From Paraspadella gotoi (Eukaryota > Animalia > Chaetognatha), in the NCBI GenBank assembly GCA_051294375.1, contig CM119264.1:20811906-20856420 (forward strand): 44,515 nt of DNA, read 5' to 3'. Below are positions 24,502-33,599 of the stretch, one piece after another. The position numbers and the translations under genes were made by a program. Below the pieces are notes generated by a model that did not search any database, had not been told where the DNA came from, and was given only the letters and a program-made list of their open reading frames with translations. Position 1 is the first letter of the stretch; each line of letters opens with the position of its first letter.

Positions 24502-24901
24502 CTCAGTCTCTCGTTTATTCGGGGCTCTTACAATTCGGGGCCATCAGCGATAATTCGCGTCGGTGACGCCAAAGGATCACCAATTTCATTTCGCCGATAA
24601 CGACGACGACGACGGCGATAGCGATGGTCAGCACTCAGCAATATCGAGGTTTTTACTGTTTTACTTTACGGTTTTCGTGTCGTGTCTCGTTTGTGTACCA
24701 ACTTCCCAATTCAACAACTCTACATTCGATAAGAAAAAACGAAAATTTATCTTCATTCCAATTCTGAGTCTTTATCTCTAACTGTAGTCTGTAATTGAAT
24801 CTTTTCAAAACTTTTCTCCAATATGAAGGGTATCCTACACAGAAAAAAAAAAGTTTAGGCCAAAAGTAAAACTACATCGAATAATTATTTGGTATTTCAC
24901 T

Positions 24902-25216
24902 TTAAAATTCGAAGGGACAAATAGCCCTTCCGCCTGCCTTAAAATCATTCATATCGTCTATATATTTAGGTAATAAAGGTGTTTTCTCTATTAACCCTCG
25001 CATCTGCCGATGTGCCCTTTTAATTAATCTAATATGTAAAGGCTCTAATCCCAAATAATCCAACACTAAAGTATTTGACATCGATCTAGGTACATTAGAA
25101 ATACTTTTTAAAAATATAAATTCAGCGGTTTCTAGTTTATTCGATAAGGAATTGGATATAGTACAAAAACAGCTCATGCTATACTCCAGTAATGAAATAA
25201 CAAATACCGTGTAATT
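24902..25216 (-). pseudogene. 3' fragment of a non-LTR retrotransposon (LINE) ORF2, post-RT region
   Basis: The translation YTVFVISLLEYSMSCFCTISNSLSNKLETAEFIFLKSISNVPRSMSNTLVLDYLGLEPLHIRL fits the LINE pattern Y...IRP.LEY...S.....KLE......L+.I...P....N..L...LGL.PL..R. Confidence 0.7.
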
Positions 25217-26142
25217 CTAACATAATATAGATAGGCAAGTTACCTGGTCGTTTATAATGTTATTTTATTTTAAATATTTTTACATTTACTGATAGGAAAT
25301 GATGTCAATATTGTTCATGTAACATTTCAAATCAATCGACCCACGCGTTGAAAAATAATCTACAAAAAAAGGTCATTTTCCACGCCCAATTTTAAATTCA
25401 AATCTGCGTTCGTTATATTTTTTTTGGTTCCACTTAAATTTTTAGCTTCGCGGAGTGACTTAATTGGTAATAAAAAAATTGATTTTCTTTGATAACTTTT
25501 AAAACCAGAAATGATAGAACGATCAGACTGGTATCATATTAAAGCCATAATTATTGGGCATCTTTTCCATATAATTTTTCTCAAATGTTTCAAAGGATTT
25601 TTTAAAATCTGGATCGGAATCTTAGTCAAAAGTATACAACAACTTTTGACATTAAATTAAACACACTTGGCCGTATTTTTAAACAAAGTTGACGCAAAAA
25701 CAATGGTCGGATCTAGCCTACGAATATAATTAATTGATTAATTAGATTAATTAATCAGATTAATTCATTAATTAATAATATAAATAATTAATATATAATA
25801 TAGATTAATTTAATATTAGTAAAGATTAATTATAATTTATATTCAGCTTGTCATCATCGCATTGTCTTAAAATTGCAGTCAGGCACAGTTTATAAATGTT
25901 TGTTTAACATTTATCACAAAACAAACAATATCCTCTATTATCGAGCCCCCAGGCGGGCAAAGCCCTCCGTCTAGATTTCTTTTTCGGTTTAGCTTTGGTC
26001 TCGCTTTTTGCAATCATGGCTTCTAAAGTGATCTCTCTCTTTNNNNNNNNNNNNNNNNNNNNNNNNNNNNNNNNNNNNNNNNNNNNNNNNNNNNNNNNNN
26101 NNNNNNNNNNNNNNNNNNNNNNNNNNNNNNNNNNNNNNNNNN

Positions 26143-26182
26143 GATTAAGTCATACTGTGGTAAAACCTAATGCCCGGCCACA
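26143..26182 (+). repeat. Visible 3' end of the 5' LTR
   Basis: Identical to 31993-32032, directly preceded by the 100-N gap at 26043-26142 and followed by the PBS. Confidence 0.85.
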
Positions 26183-26184
26183 CT

Positions 26185-26197
26185 TGGCGATCCCGAC
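26185..26197 (+). promoter_or_regulatory. Primer-binding site, tRNA-Trp-like
   Basis: TGGCGATCCCGAC starts 2 nt after the LTR-terminal CA. It matches the canonical Trp PBS TGGTGACCCCGAC used by CsRn1-clade elements at 11 of 13 positions. The tRNA assignment is an inference. Confidence 0.7.
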
Positions 26198-26389
26198 ATT
26201 CGAACGCAACCAACCTTCAAGAAGAGACGACCAGGGGAACAGGAGCAGCTTAACTCTCCCTGAGGTAAGATTGGGTTGAGAACCGGTTTAAGCAAAGTTC
26301 CCCAATCTTGCTGACACCTTTTTCAATCTTTTTCATCGCCAAAACATCGCGAGGGCCCTCGACGTCGAACAGAAGTGACGAAGGACTCC

Positions 26390-27466
26390 ATGAGCGACTC
26401 CGACCTCCGCTCCCGCCTTCGGTCGGCACAACGCAACGCCAACGATCACCGAGACGCCCTTCAAGGCCTCCAGATCCCTCGAGGCGTGGGAAGAGGACAA
26501 CGATCGTGCTCAGTGTCCCCAGTATTCACCGACGCCCCGGCTTTTAATTTCCAAAGGTCGAACGGCGACAACTTCATCGACGCCGAGATGGCAACCGGCG
26601 GAGAAACGCACAACGACCTCCGCGACGAAAACATCGAACTTCGTGCCGCCCTCGCCGCCGCGACGCGAGCTCTCGAGAGGGCCTCGAGTCGCAAACCAGA
26701 TCTACCGGATTTTGATGCGCTAAACATCGAGATTTGGATCAAACGGGTAGAAGCCGCATATACCCGTGCTGGAATCACCGCGGCGAAGTCGAAATTCGCC
26801 CATTTAGAATCAAAGATAAGTGTAAAGGTCGATCCAAAAATCAACCAGTTTCTTTATGGCGAAACAACGGATTCTACTTGGCAGCAGTTCCTCTCATACC
26901 TCCGGAAGGAATACGGGCTAACCCGGCGCCAGCAGGCCGCCAACCTGCTCGATTCCATCGACACCGACGGCCTTAAACCTTCTAAGATGCTCGCGCAACT
27001 GGAAGAGAGGACGAAGACCGTCACCATCGACGACATCCGGAAGGAGAAGATTCTCCGAGAATTACCTGCAGAAGTGCGTAGACAGCTAGAGGATAAGGCA
27101 GATGATCTCTGGGCCGCCGAACTCTGCGAATTAGCGGACCGACATTTCGACGGCGACGGTAATCTGAAGATCCGTCAGTCATCATCACTCATAAGCAACG
27201 TCTCACGCGGCCAACAAGAGGACATCGATTCCGAATCAGAAGAGGAAGGCATCAATGCCGTCGACGCCAGGCAAAAACGAACCTTCAAGGGCAAAAAGAG
27301 GCAACATCAAGGCCAGAAGGGAAAAAACAAACCAAAGCTCGTTACATTGTGCCAAAAACATGTAAAATTTGGCGACGAAGCCTGGACATGTGAACTCGGA
27401 TGTTCTAAGTATGAGGAAACTCAGCGTAAACGCGAGGGAAACGGGAGAGGGGGACGCCGCCGGTGA
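26390..27466 (+). CDS. gag: Gag protein of the Gypsy element
   Basis: Open frame from the first ATG at 26390. LPDF...IEIWIKRVEAAY...GIT...KF is a typical CsRn1-type capsid N-terminus, with a GLKPSKML segment. The C-terminal CQKHVKFGDEAWTCELGC is CX2HX9CX3C (27350-27403). Confidence 0.9.
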   Translation: MSDSDLRSRLRSAQRNANDHRDALQGLQIPRGVGRGQRSCSVSPVFTDAPAFNFQRSNGDNFIDAEMATGGETHNDLRDENIELRAALAAATRALERASSRKPDLPDFDALNIEIWIKRVEAAYTRAGITAAKSKFAHLESKISVKVDPKINQFLYGETTDSTWQQFLSYLRKEYGLTRRQQAANLLDSIDTDGLKPSKMLAQLEERTKTVTIDDIRKEKILRELPAEVRRQLEDKADDLWAAELCELADRHFDGDGNLKIRQSSSLISNVSRGQQEDIDSESEEEGINAVDARQKRTFKGKKRQHQGQKGKNKPKLVTLCQKHVKFGDEAWTCELGCSKYEETQRKREGNGRGGRRR

Positions 27467-27498
27467 ATGCAGTCCCCCACTCAACAACCTCATCACCG
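27436..27498 (+). promoter_or_regulatory. -1 programmed ribosomal frameshift signal: slippery heptamer plus predicted pseudoknot
   Basis: G GGA AAC (27436-27442) is in the gag frame, followed by a 6-nt spacer. Stem 1 is GGGGGAC (27449-55) with GTCCCCC (27472-78). Stem 2 is CGGTGA (27461-66) with TCACCG (27493-98). The -1 frame is open from the slip site into pol. Confidence 0.85.
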
Positions 27499-30400
27499 AC
27501 TCTCAACGGATTACTCTACATCCGCGACTCCAAGGACAGAACGAAGTGGCTGGTCGATGGAGGCGCATTGCTTTCGATCATACCGCCAACTCGAGCTCAA
27601 CGTCAACGCGGCCCTGACCCCAACATGAAGCTCCAAGCGGCGAACGGATCGCCTATTGATTGCTTCGGGACCGTTGAGAGGACTGTGCAACTTGGAAATC
27701 GCAAATTTCAATATGAGTTCGTAGTAGCAGAAGTAAAGCAGCACATATTAGGCGCAGACTTCTTGGCAGAAAACTTTTTGGCACCCAATCATNNNNNNNN
27801 NNTGTTACTCGATCTGAAGGACTACTCCACAATCGCAGCTTCAGCATCAACAGAGGCAACATCCCATGTCAACTTCGTGGATCGACAGGGTGAGAAGTTC
27901 TATAAACTTCTCGACTCCTTCCCAAACTTATCGACTCCAACATTCGAAGTAAAAGAACCGAAACATGGGGTAACCCATTCTATTCCAACAGAGGGTAGGC
28001 CGTGTCAATCAAGGGCCAGGCGTCTCGACGCGGAAAAGTTAGCCGTCGCCAAGAAAGAATTAGAAAAAATGGTATCATTGGGAATTGCCAAACGAGGAAA
28101 GTCTGAGTGGTCATCGCCCCTCCATGTGGTAGCCAAGCCAGATGGAGGTTGGCGATGTTGTGGTGACTACAGACGACTCAATGCACAAACTATCGATGAC
28201 AAGTACCCAGTGAAGCTCTTAACGGACTTCAACTCTCAACTCGCTGGAAAAACCATCTTTTCTAAAATCGACTTGTTGAAGGGGTACCATCAGATACCTG
28301 TGAACCCCGAGGACGTGAAGAAGACGGCAGTGATAACTCCATTTGGGTTATATGTATTTCCCCGTTGTCCGTTCGGCCTCAAAAACGCCGGNNNNNNNNN
28401 NCAGAGGCTCATGGACGAGATCCTCGGGGAAATTCCTCACACGTATGTATATCTCGACGATATACTGGTCGCTTCTTCATCGCCTGACGAGCATTACGAG
28501 GACCTCGAACGAGTCTTCAAGGCGCTCGATGCAAACGGATTAGTGGTAAACACTAAAAAATGTCTACTCGGCCAAGAATCACTCGAATTCTTGGGCTTTT
28601 TGGTAGATAAAGACGGCATCCGACCTCTACCGGAACGTGTCCAAACGCTGCAACAGACAACTCGTCCCACTACGGTAAAGGAGTTGCAGCGATTTTTGGG
28701 CATGGTTAACTACTATCGCCGCTTCATCGCTGGAGTAGCCCATCNNNNNNNNNNTTTATATGAGGCATTGAGCGGAAAGCCAAAGACTCTTGAGTGGACG
28801 GATTCATGCGACCAAGCCTTCGAATCTATAAAGGAGGGCCTAATCCAAGCAGCCTTATTGCATCATCCAAGGACCGGAGCTCAACTTTGCATAACTACTG
28901 ATGCTTCTGATCAAGCGGTGGGAGCCGTATTAGAACAGCGAGGACCTAAGGGTTGGGAACCCTTAGCCTTTTTTTCTACAAAACTCGCCAAAAACCAAAA
29001 ACTATGGCCCCCGTTTGATAAGGAGCTCTTTGGAGCATTCAGAGCCGTCCGTCATTTCAGGCATTGGGTCGAAGGAAGAGCGTTTACGCTATATACAGAT
29101 CACCAGAGCTTAGTGACAGCTATCAAAAAGAAGGCAGAACCACAAACGATGAGGCAGTCATATCAATTATCTGTTATAGCGGAATTCACTACTGACGTAC
29201 GATATTTAAAGGGGAAAGCGAACGTAGTAGCAGATGCGCTTTCCCGACCAAACGCCTCAATAACCTCGTCAACAACGCCAACGACCCAACCAACGCCTAC
29301 ATCGCGAGCAACAACGTCATCAGCGGTGGCTACAACGACGCCAGAAACGGCAACGACGACGACGGCGACGACGACGACGCAGCCGCCGCCAAGATCAGCA
29401 GCGTCAGAGCAGTCGACAATCGCGTCAACGTCATCAGCCTCAGAACGACCAATCAAAGAAAATCGTTTAGAAGATGCTCGAGCTCTAATCGCCTCTCTCA
29501 CGACATTCGAAATCGACTTCGAAAAAATGGCTCAAGAACAAATATTAGATCCAGACTATCAACGAATAGCAGAAGAAGCCAGGTCGGGTCTCAACTTTAG
29601 AAAAATCAAAGTTGGCGAGCAAGATCTCCTCGCAGATATTTCGAATGGACCGGCACGCCCATTTGTACCAGCGTCATGGCGTCGAAAGGTATTTGATGTC
29701 ATACATGGATTAGGTCACCCCGGCATCGACGCCACCCGAAAAGCTGTAGCGGCTAAATTCGTGTGGAATAACATGCGACAGGATGTCACCAAATGGGCAA
29801 GAGATTGTCTTAGTTGTCAGAGAGCAAAGGTGACTCGTCACATAGTTCCAGATATCGGCGAGTTTAAAATACCGCCAAGGCGATTCCAACATCTCAATTT
29901 AGACTTGGTGAAGATGCCGAACTCCAACGGTTACTCGCATCTACTCACAATTGTTGATCGCTTCTCTAGATGGCCAACGGCCATCCCGATCAGCGATACT
30001 CTCACCTCGACCATATTAGATGCTCTAAGCTACAACTGGATAAGCATATTTGGAACGCCAGGTGTCATAACGACCGATCGAGGAACTCAATTCAACTCAG
30101 CCCTCTGGCGTCAGTTGACAAAACAATGGGGAATAAAGCATCAAACTACAACGGCCTATCATCCCCAGGCCAATGGCCTTGTTGAGCGTTTCCACCGACG
30201 ACTCAAAGAGTCTCTAATCGCTCTCGCCAACGAAAATCGGCAAAACTGGTACTGGAAGCTCCCCATGACGTTGCTAGCCGTGAGAACAACGATTAAGGAA
30301 GATATCGGCGCCTCAGCGGCCGATTTGGTGTTTGGCGAAGGGATCAGCGTCCCAGGCGGCATCCTCGACAACCCCCAGCACGACGACGCAGCACTGCAGC

Positions 30401-31206
30401 GCCGGCGAAAGAAGCAGCTGGCAAAGCTTCGAGTGGAAGTANNNNNNNNNNAACCGACGCCAACCTCCGCCCACCAACAACCAAATATTCACCTTCCAAG
30501 TAATCTCGAATCGGCAAAATATGTTTTCGTGAAAAGAGCAGGCGTCAATCCCCCTTTAGTGCCTCCGTATGAAGGCCCATATCGGGTAATTCACCGTCGT
30601 GGCCTCAACATCACAATCGAGATTCCCAGTAGTGGACGCCAAACAGTGAATATAGCGAGGATAAAACCAGCGTGGTTAAGCGACGATGTGTTGGAGACGG
30701 ACCTGGATCATCCCCAGCGACGCCCAGTGGGGCGTCCACCTGGTTTAAGAACGAGGACGGCGCCAACAACTACTCGAATCACTCGCTCGATGAATCAACG
30801 AGCAGCGTCGCCGGAAAACCCTCCTTCGCCTCCACCTCCTCCTCCTATCCCCACCCAACTTTCACCCCAGCTTCCCCAGCTTCCCCCCAACCCATCCCCA
30901 ACTTCCCCATCTTTTTTCCTCCTGTCTTCATATTCTCCCCAGCCTCCACGTGAGACGACTTCGAAAATCGAAGACCAAGAGGAAAATAACAACAACAACA
31001 ATCCGAAAAGAAGCGAAATTGAGCCAACGATAGAGAGATTCCCAAAACCTTCGGCGGAAAACTTCTCGAATAAAACAAGAACCCGAATACAAAACAACAA
31101 CAACAACAACCGCCCAACATACTCTGTGGTTTTGAAAGAGATGTTAAAAAGACAAAAAGAACAAAATGACAACAACAAAAAGGACAAAATACCTCTGTCG
31201 GCCTAA
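27436..31206 (+). CDS. pol: Pol polyprotein (protease, RT, RNase H, integrase with GPY/F), in the -1 frame relative to gag
   Basis: Protease: LVDGGA and ILGADFL. RT: SEWSSPL, GDYRRLN, FSKIDLLKGYHQI, PFGLKNA and YLDD (28450-28461). RNase H: TDAS, KEL, YTDH, NVVADALSR. Integrase: H-x3-H...CLSC, LDLV/TDRGTQF/NGLVER and YEGPY. Four 10-N masks interrupt the sequence without changing the frame. Confidence 0.95.
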   Translation, partial: GKRERGTPPVNAVPHSTTSSPTLNGLLYIRDSKDRTKWLVDGGALLSIIPPTRAQRQRGPDPNMKLQAANGSPIDCFGTVERTVQLGNRKFQYEFVVAEVKQHILGADFLAENFLAPNHXXXXLLDLKDYSTIAASASTEATSHVNFVDRQGEKFYKLLDSFPNLSTPTFEVKEPKHGVTHSIPTEGRPCQSRARRLDAEKLAVAKKELEKMVSLGIAKRGKSEWSSPLHVVAKPDGGWRCCGDYRRLNAQTIDDKYPVKLLTDFNSQLAGKTIFSKIDLLKGYHQIPVNPEDVKKTAVITPFGLYVFPRCPFGLKNAXXXXQRLMDEILGEIPHTYVYLDDILVASSSPDEHYEDLERVFKALDANGLVVNTKKCLLGQESLEFLGFLVDKDGIRPLPERVQTLQQTTRPTTVKELQRFLGMVNYYRRFIAGVAHXXXXLYEALSGKPKTLEWTDSCDQAFESIKEGLIQAALLHHPRTGAQLCITTDASDQAVGAVLEQRGPKGWEPLAFFSTKLAKNQKLWPPFDKELFGAFRAVRHFRHWVEGRAFTLYTDHQSLVTAIKKKAEPQTMRQSYQLSVIAEFTTDVRYLKGKANVVADALSRPNASITSSTTPTTQPTPTSRATTSSAVATTTPETATTTTATTTTQPPPRSAASEQSTIASTSSASERPIKENRLEDARALIASLTTFEIDFEKMAQEQILDPDYQRIAEEARSGLNFRKIKVGEQDLLADISNGPARPFVPASWRRKVFDVIHGLGHPGIDATRKAVAAKFVWNNMRQDVTKWARDCLSCQRAKVTRHIVPDIGEFKIPPRRFQHLNLDLVKMPNSNGYSHLLTIVDRFSRWPTAIPISDTLTSTILDALSYNWISIFGTPGVITTDRGTQFNSALWRQLTKQWGIKHQTTTAYHPQANGLVERFHRRLKESLIALANENRQNWYWKLPMTLLAVRTTIKEDIGASAADLVFGEGISVPGGILDNPQHDDAALQRRRKKQLAKLRVEVXXXXPTPTSAHQQPNIHLPSNLESAKYVFVKRAGVNPPLVPPYEGPYRVIHRRGLNITIEIPSSGRQTVNIARIKPAWLSDDVLETDLDHPQRRPVGRPPGLRTRTAPTTTRITRSMNQRAASPENPPSPPPPPPIPTQLSPQLPQLPPNPSPTSPSFFLLSSYSPQPPRETTSKIEDQEENNNNNNPKRSEIEPTIERFPKPSAENFSNKTRTRIQNNNNNNRPTYSVVLKEMLKRQKEQNDNNKKDKIPLSA

Positions 31207-31992
31207 TCGACAGCCGGAGCGTCTTCTCCCATGGCATCCTCGGTCTTCCTCCCGTAAAAGCTCCGACTGTCGATACCCCATTACCTTATATTATCGATTT
31301 TGTATGTATTTTACAAAGTATTTTGTATTTTTGTATTTTAAACTGAATTTTTGAATCTTTGTTATTTTAGTCTGTTTTGAATTTTTCGAATTTTGTTGAA
31401 GATCGGTCACTGAGCATTATTTTGTTTATATATACCCGTATATATATTTTATTTAGTATTTGAAGTATTTATCATCATTCTAACAATCATACTGGGATAG
31501 GACTACAACGTAATGTAATTTATATAGTATTTTACTATATACATCAACAGGGGCCGGCGGCCATTAGCTCGGTCTGCTCTGGCTCTCGGCCCTCAGCTAT
31601 CCAAGCAACCCCTAAATCGAAGCTCAGAAATCATTATTTATAGCTTTAATCAAATTCGAGAGCCTTTTGTTTTTTCATCGAATCAGAGCTCAAACAACAG
31701 AGGTCCTTTTCCCGCCTGATTCAAACTCAACTGAAAATTGATTGTTTACTTTAATGATTGTTTCCACTGATTTATTGCTTCTGATCTTGGATCTGAAAAT
31801 AAATGTTTTTTCATCAACATTAATAAACAATTGTTTTTAATCATTCTCTACAATGTAAATATACATTCACTCTGAGGAAAAGTTTTATCTCAATTAGAAT
31901 TCAATTAAAACAATTTTTGATCTAAAGTCTTAATACATGATCTGCCTTCCCTGCGACACAACGTCTTAGAACCAAATCATTCAGTTGTCCTG

Positions 31993-32032
31993 GATTAAGT
32001 CATACTGTGGTAAAACCTAATGCCCGGCCACA
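31993..32032 (+). repeat. 3' end of the 3' LTR; its start lies further upstream and cannot be placed
   Basis: Identical to 26143-26182, ends ...CCACA, and is followed by unrelated flank (AGTA...). Confidence 0.85.
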
Positions 32033-32574
32033 AGTATCTGTAAGTAGTATGGAAGGTTTTAACACAAAGCCTGTCCAAAGTCAGGGGTAGAAGCTCTATT
32101 TATTAAATGAATGGATAATTTTTATATTGCGTTGTACCAATTTCACTATAATAAAAAAATATTAACAATCTAAATTTTATTCAAGATAAAATTTTAAGAT
32201 GAGGAAATAAAATTTATTTGAATAAGTAAAAAAAAATTATTTGGAAAAGTCAAAAATATCATAGCCGTTATTTGATTATTGTCAACTTTATATTTCGTTA
32301 CCAGAGATTTATTATAAAATTTTTTGACCGTTATTATTGAAAATAGTTTAGCTTTTAGCGACGAGTTTTCATTTCATACAATCAATATTCAATCTCATTC
32401 ATTTTCAATGAATATGCAAAAAAATGGTTTTCAACCTCATTTTAAACTAGGAGAACAAAAGACTTCAGTCCTTATTTCAATTGAAAAAAAAAGAAAATTA
32501 ATTGATGCTTAATCACACTCTAATAAAAACAATTTTTATTTATGCACGCCACTTTTTTCTAATACCCAAAAATC

Positions 32575-32735
32575 ATTCGCACAATGAATGGATTATCATC
32601 CACATCCATAATTTGGTTATTTGTTATCATAGCATCAATCTTTGGTTTATCATTCGCATCAATATTGGTTATCATCAATCAATATTTGGTTATCAACAAA
32701 AAGCAGGCTTCGATCCCTATTGCTTTAGATTTTTT
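32575..32735 (+). mobile_element. Family 1 3' fragment
   Basis: TTGGTTATCATCGCATCAATA-type repeats followed by AGGCTTCGATCCCTATTGCTTTAGATTTTT, similar to 19660-19712. Confidence 0.6.
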
Positions 32736-33599
32736 GCTACGCTTTACTACTGACGTACGTAACTATGGGTTAACTCTTAAATATTTTGGTTAAAGCTTTC
32801 TTTGACCACTTATCGACCACCAAGAAGACGAAAATCTAGTTGCAACTTCGAATCCGCCACTTCGCTCGGTGAGTAGCGAGAGAGTTCATCTGACTGAAGT
32901 CTAGAGCGCCAGAAAACTACTGCTTAGAAATGAGAGAAGAGAGAGAGAGAGAGAGATGAGAGAGAGCAGAGAGACGGAGAGAGAGAGAGAGAGACGTACA
33001 AAGATCGAGGTTGCTAATTCTGAGTTTGGCAAAACCCTCAGAAAAAAAAGATTTCCTTCATTCTGATTGCAGAAAGAGAAGAAAGATGAGTTTTGATTAA
33101 ACTGGAGCGGGGAAAGAAGCAAAGAGGAGAAGAGAAGGAAATCTGTGTTAGGACAATAAAAACAATTAGCATGGATAAAAAGGACCGACAGATCAGTAGG
33201 ATTAAGAAGATAGAAAAAAAAATGTTAGAGGGAAAGGAGTAAGAATGAAATGGATGAAAGAAAAAAAAACAAAAGAAACAATTAAATAAAATAGTGAGAA
33301 AAGAAAGACGGAAAGCAAAGTCAAGAATGAAACGAAATAAATAAAAGATCCAATCAAAAAAAAATTTTTAAAAAGTTTATATCTATAAAATTGTATCCTT
33401 TAATTTTAAAAAAAAGTTTTATAACCTCTTGTTATTCAAACAATAACTAATATATCAAAATTATATGTATTAACTTGAAATACAATGTCGATAGGGTGCG
33501 TTTGAACAAATCGAAGGAAAGAAAAAACCATTAACGAATAAGAAGAACCAAGCACTTTAAATTTTCTCTTCTCAGTTTTTTCGGGAGATGATATAACGT

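Larger units (their letters stand above)
26143..32032 (+). mobile_element. Ty3/Gypsy LTR retrotransposon, CsRn1/Kabuki-like clade, near full length; most of the 5' LTR is hidden in an N gap
   Basis: An identical 40-bp sequence GATTAAGTCATACTGTGGTAAAACCTAATGCCCGGCCACA occurs at 26143-26182 and 31993-32032, ending in CA. A PBS-like TGG follows the first copy. The gag and pol ORFs have PR-RT-RH-IN order. Confidence 0.95.

Noticed and set aside
26156-26182. TGTGG...CCACA 27-mer as a complete mini-LTR
   Set aside because: Identity between the two ends extends further upstream to the N gap, so the LTR is longer.
27793-30451. Four 10-N runs within pol
   Set aside because: These are assembly or masking features, and the frame is preserved across them.
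29163-31237. Antisense ORFs within pol
   Set aside because: They are shadows of low-complexity sense-strand coding sequence.
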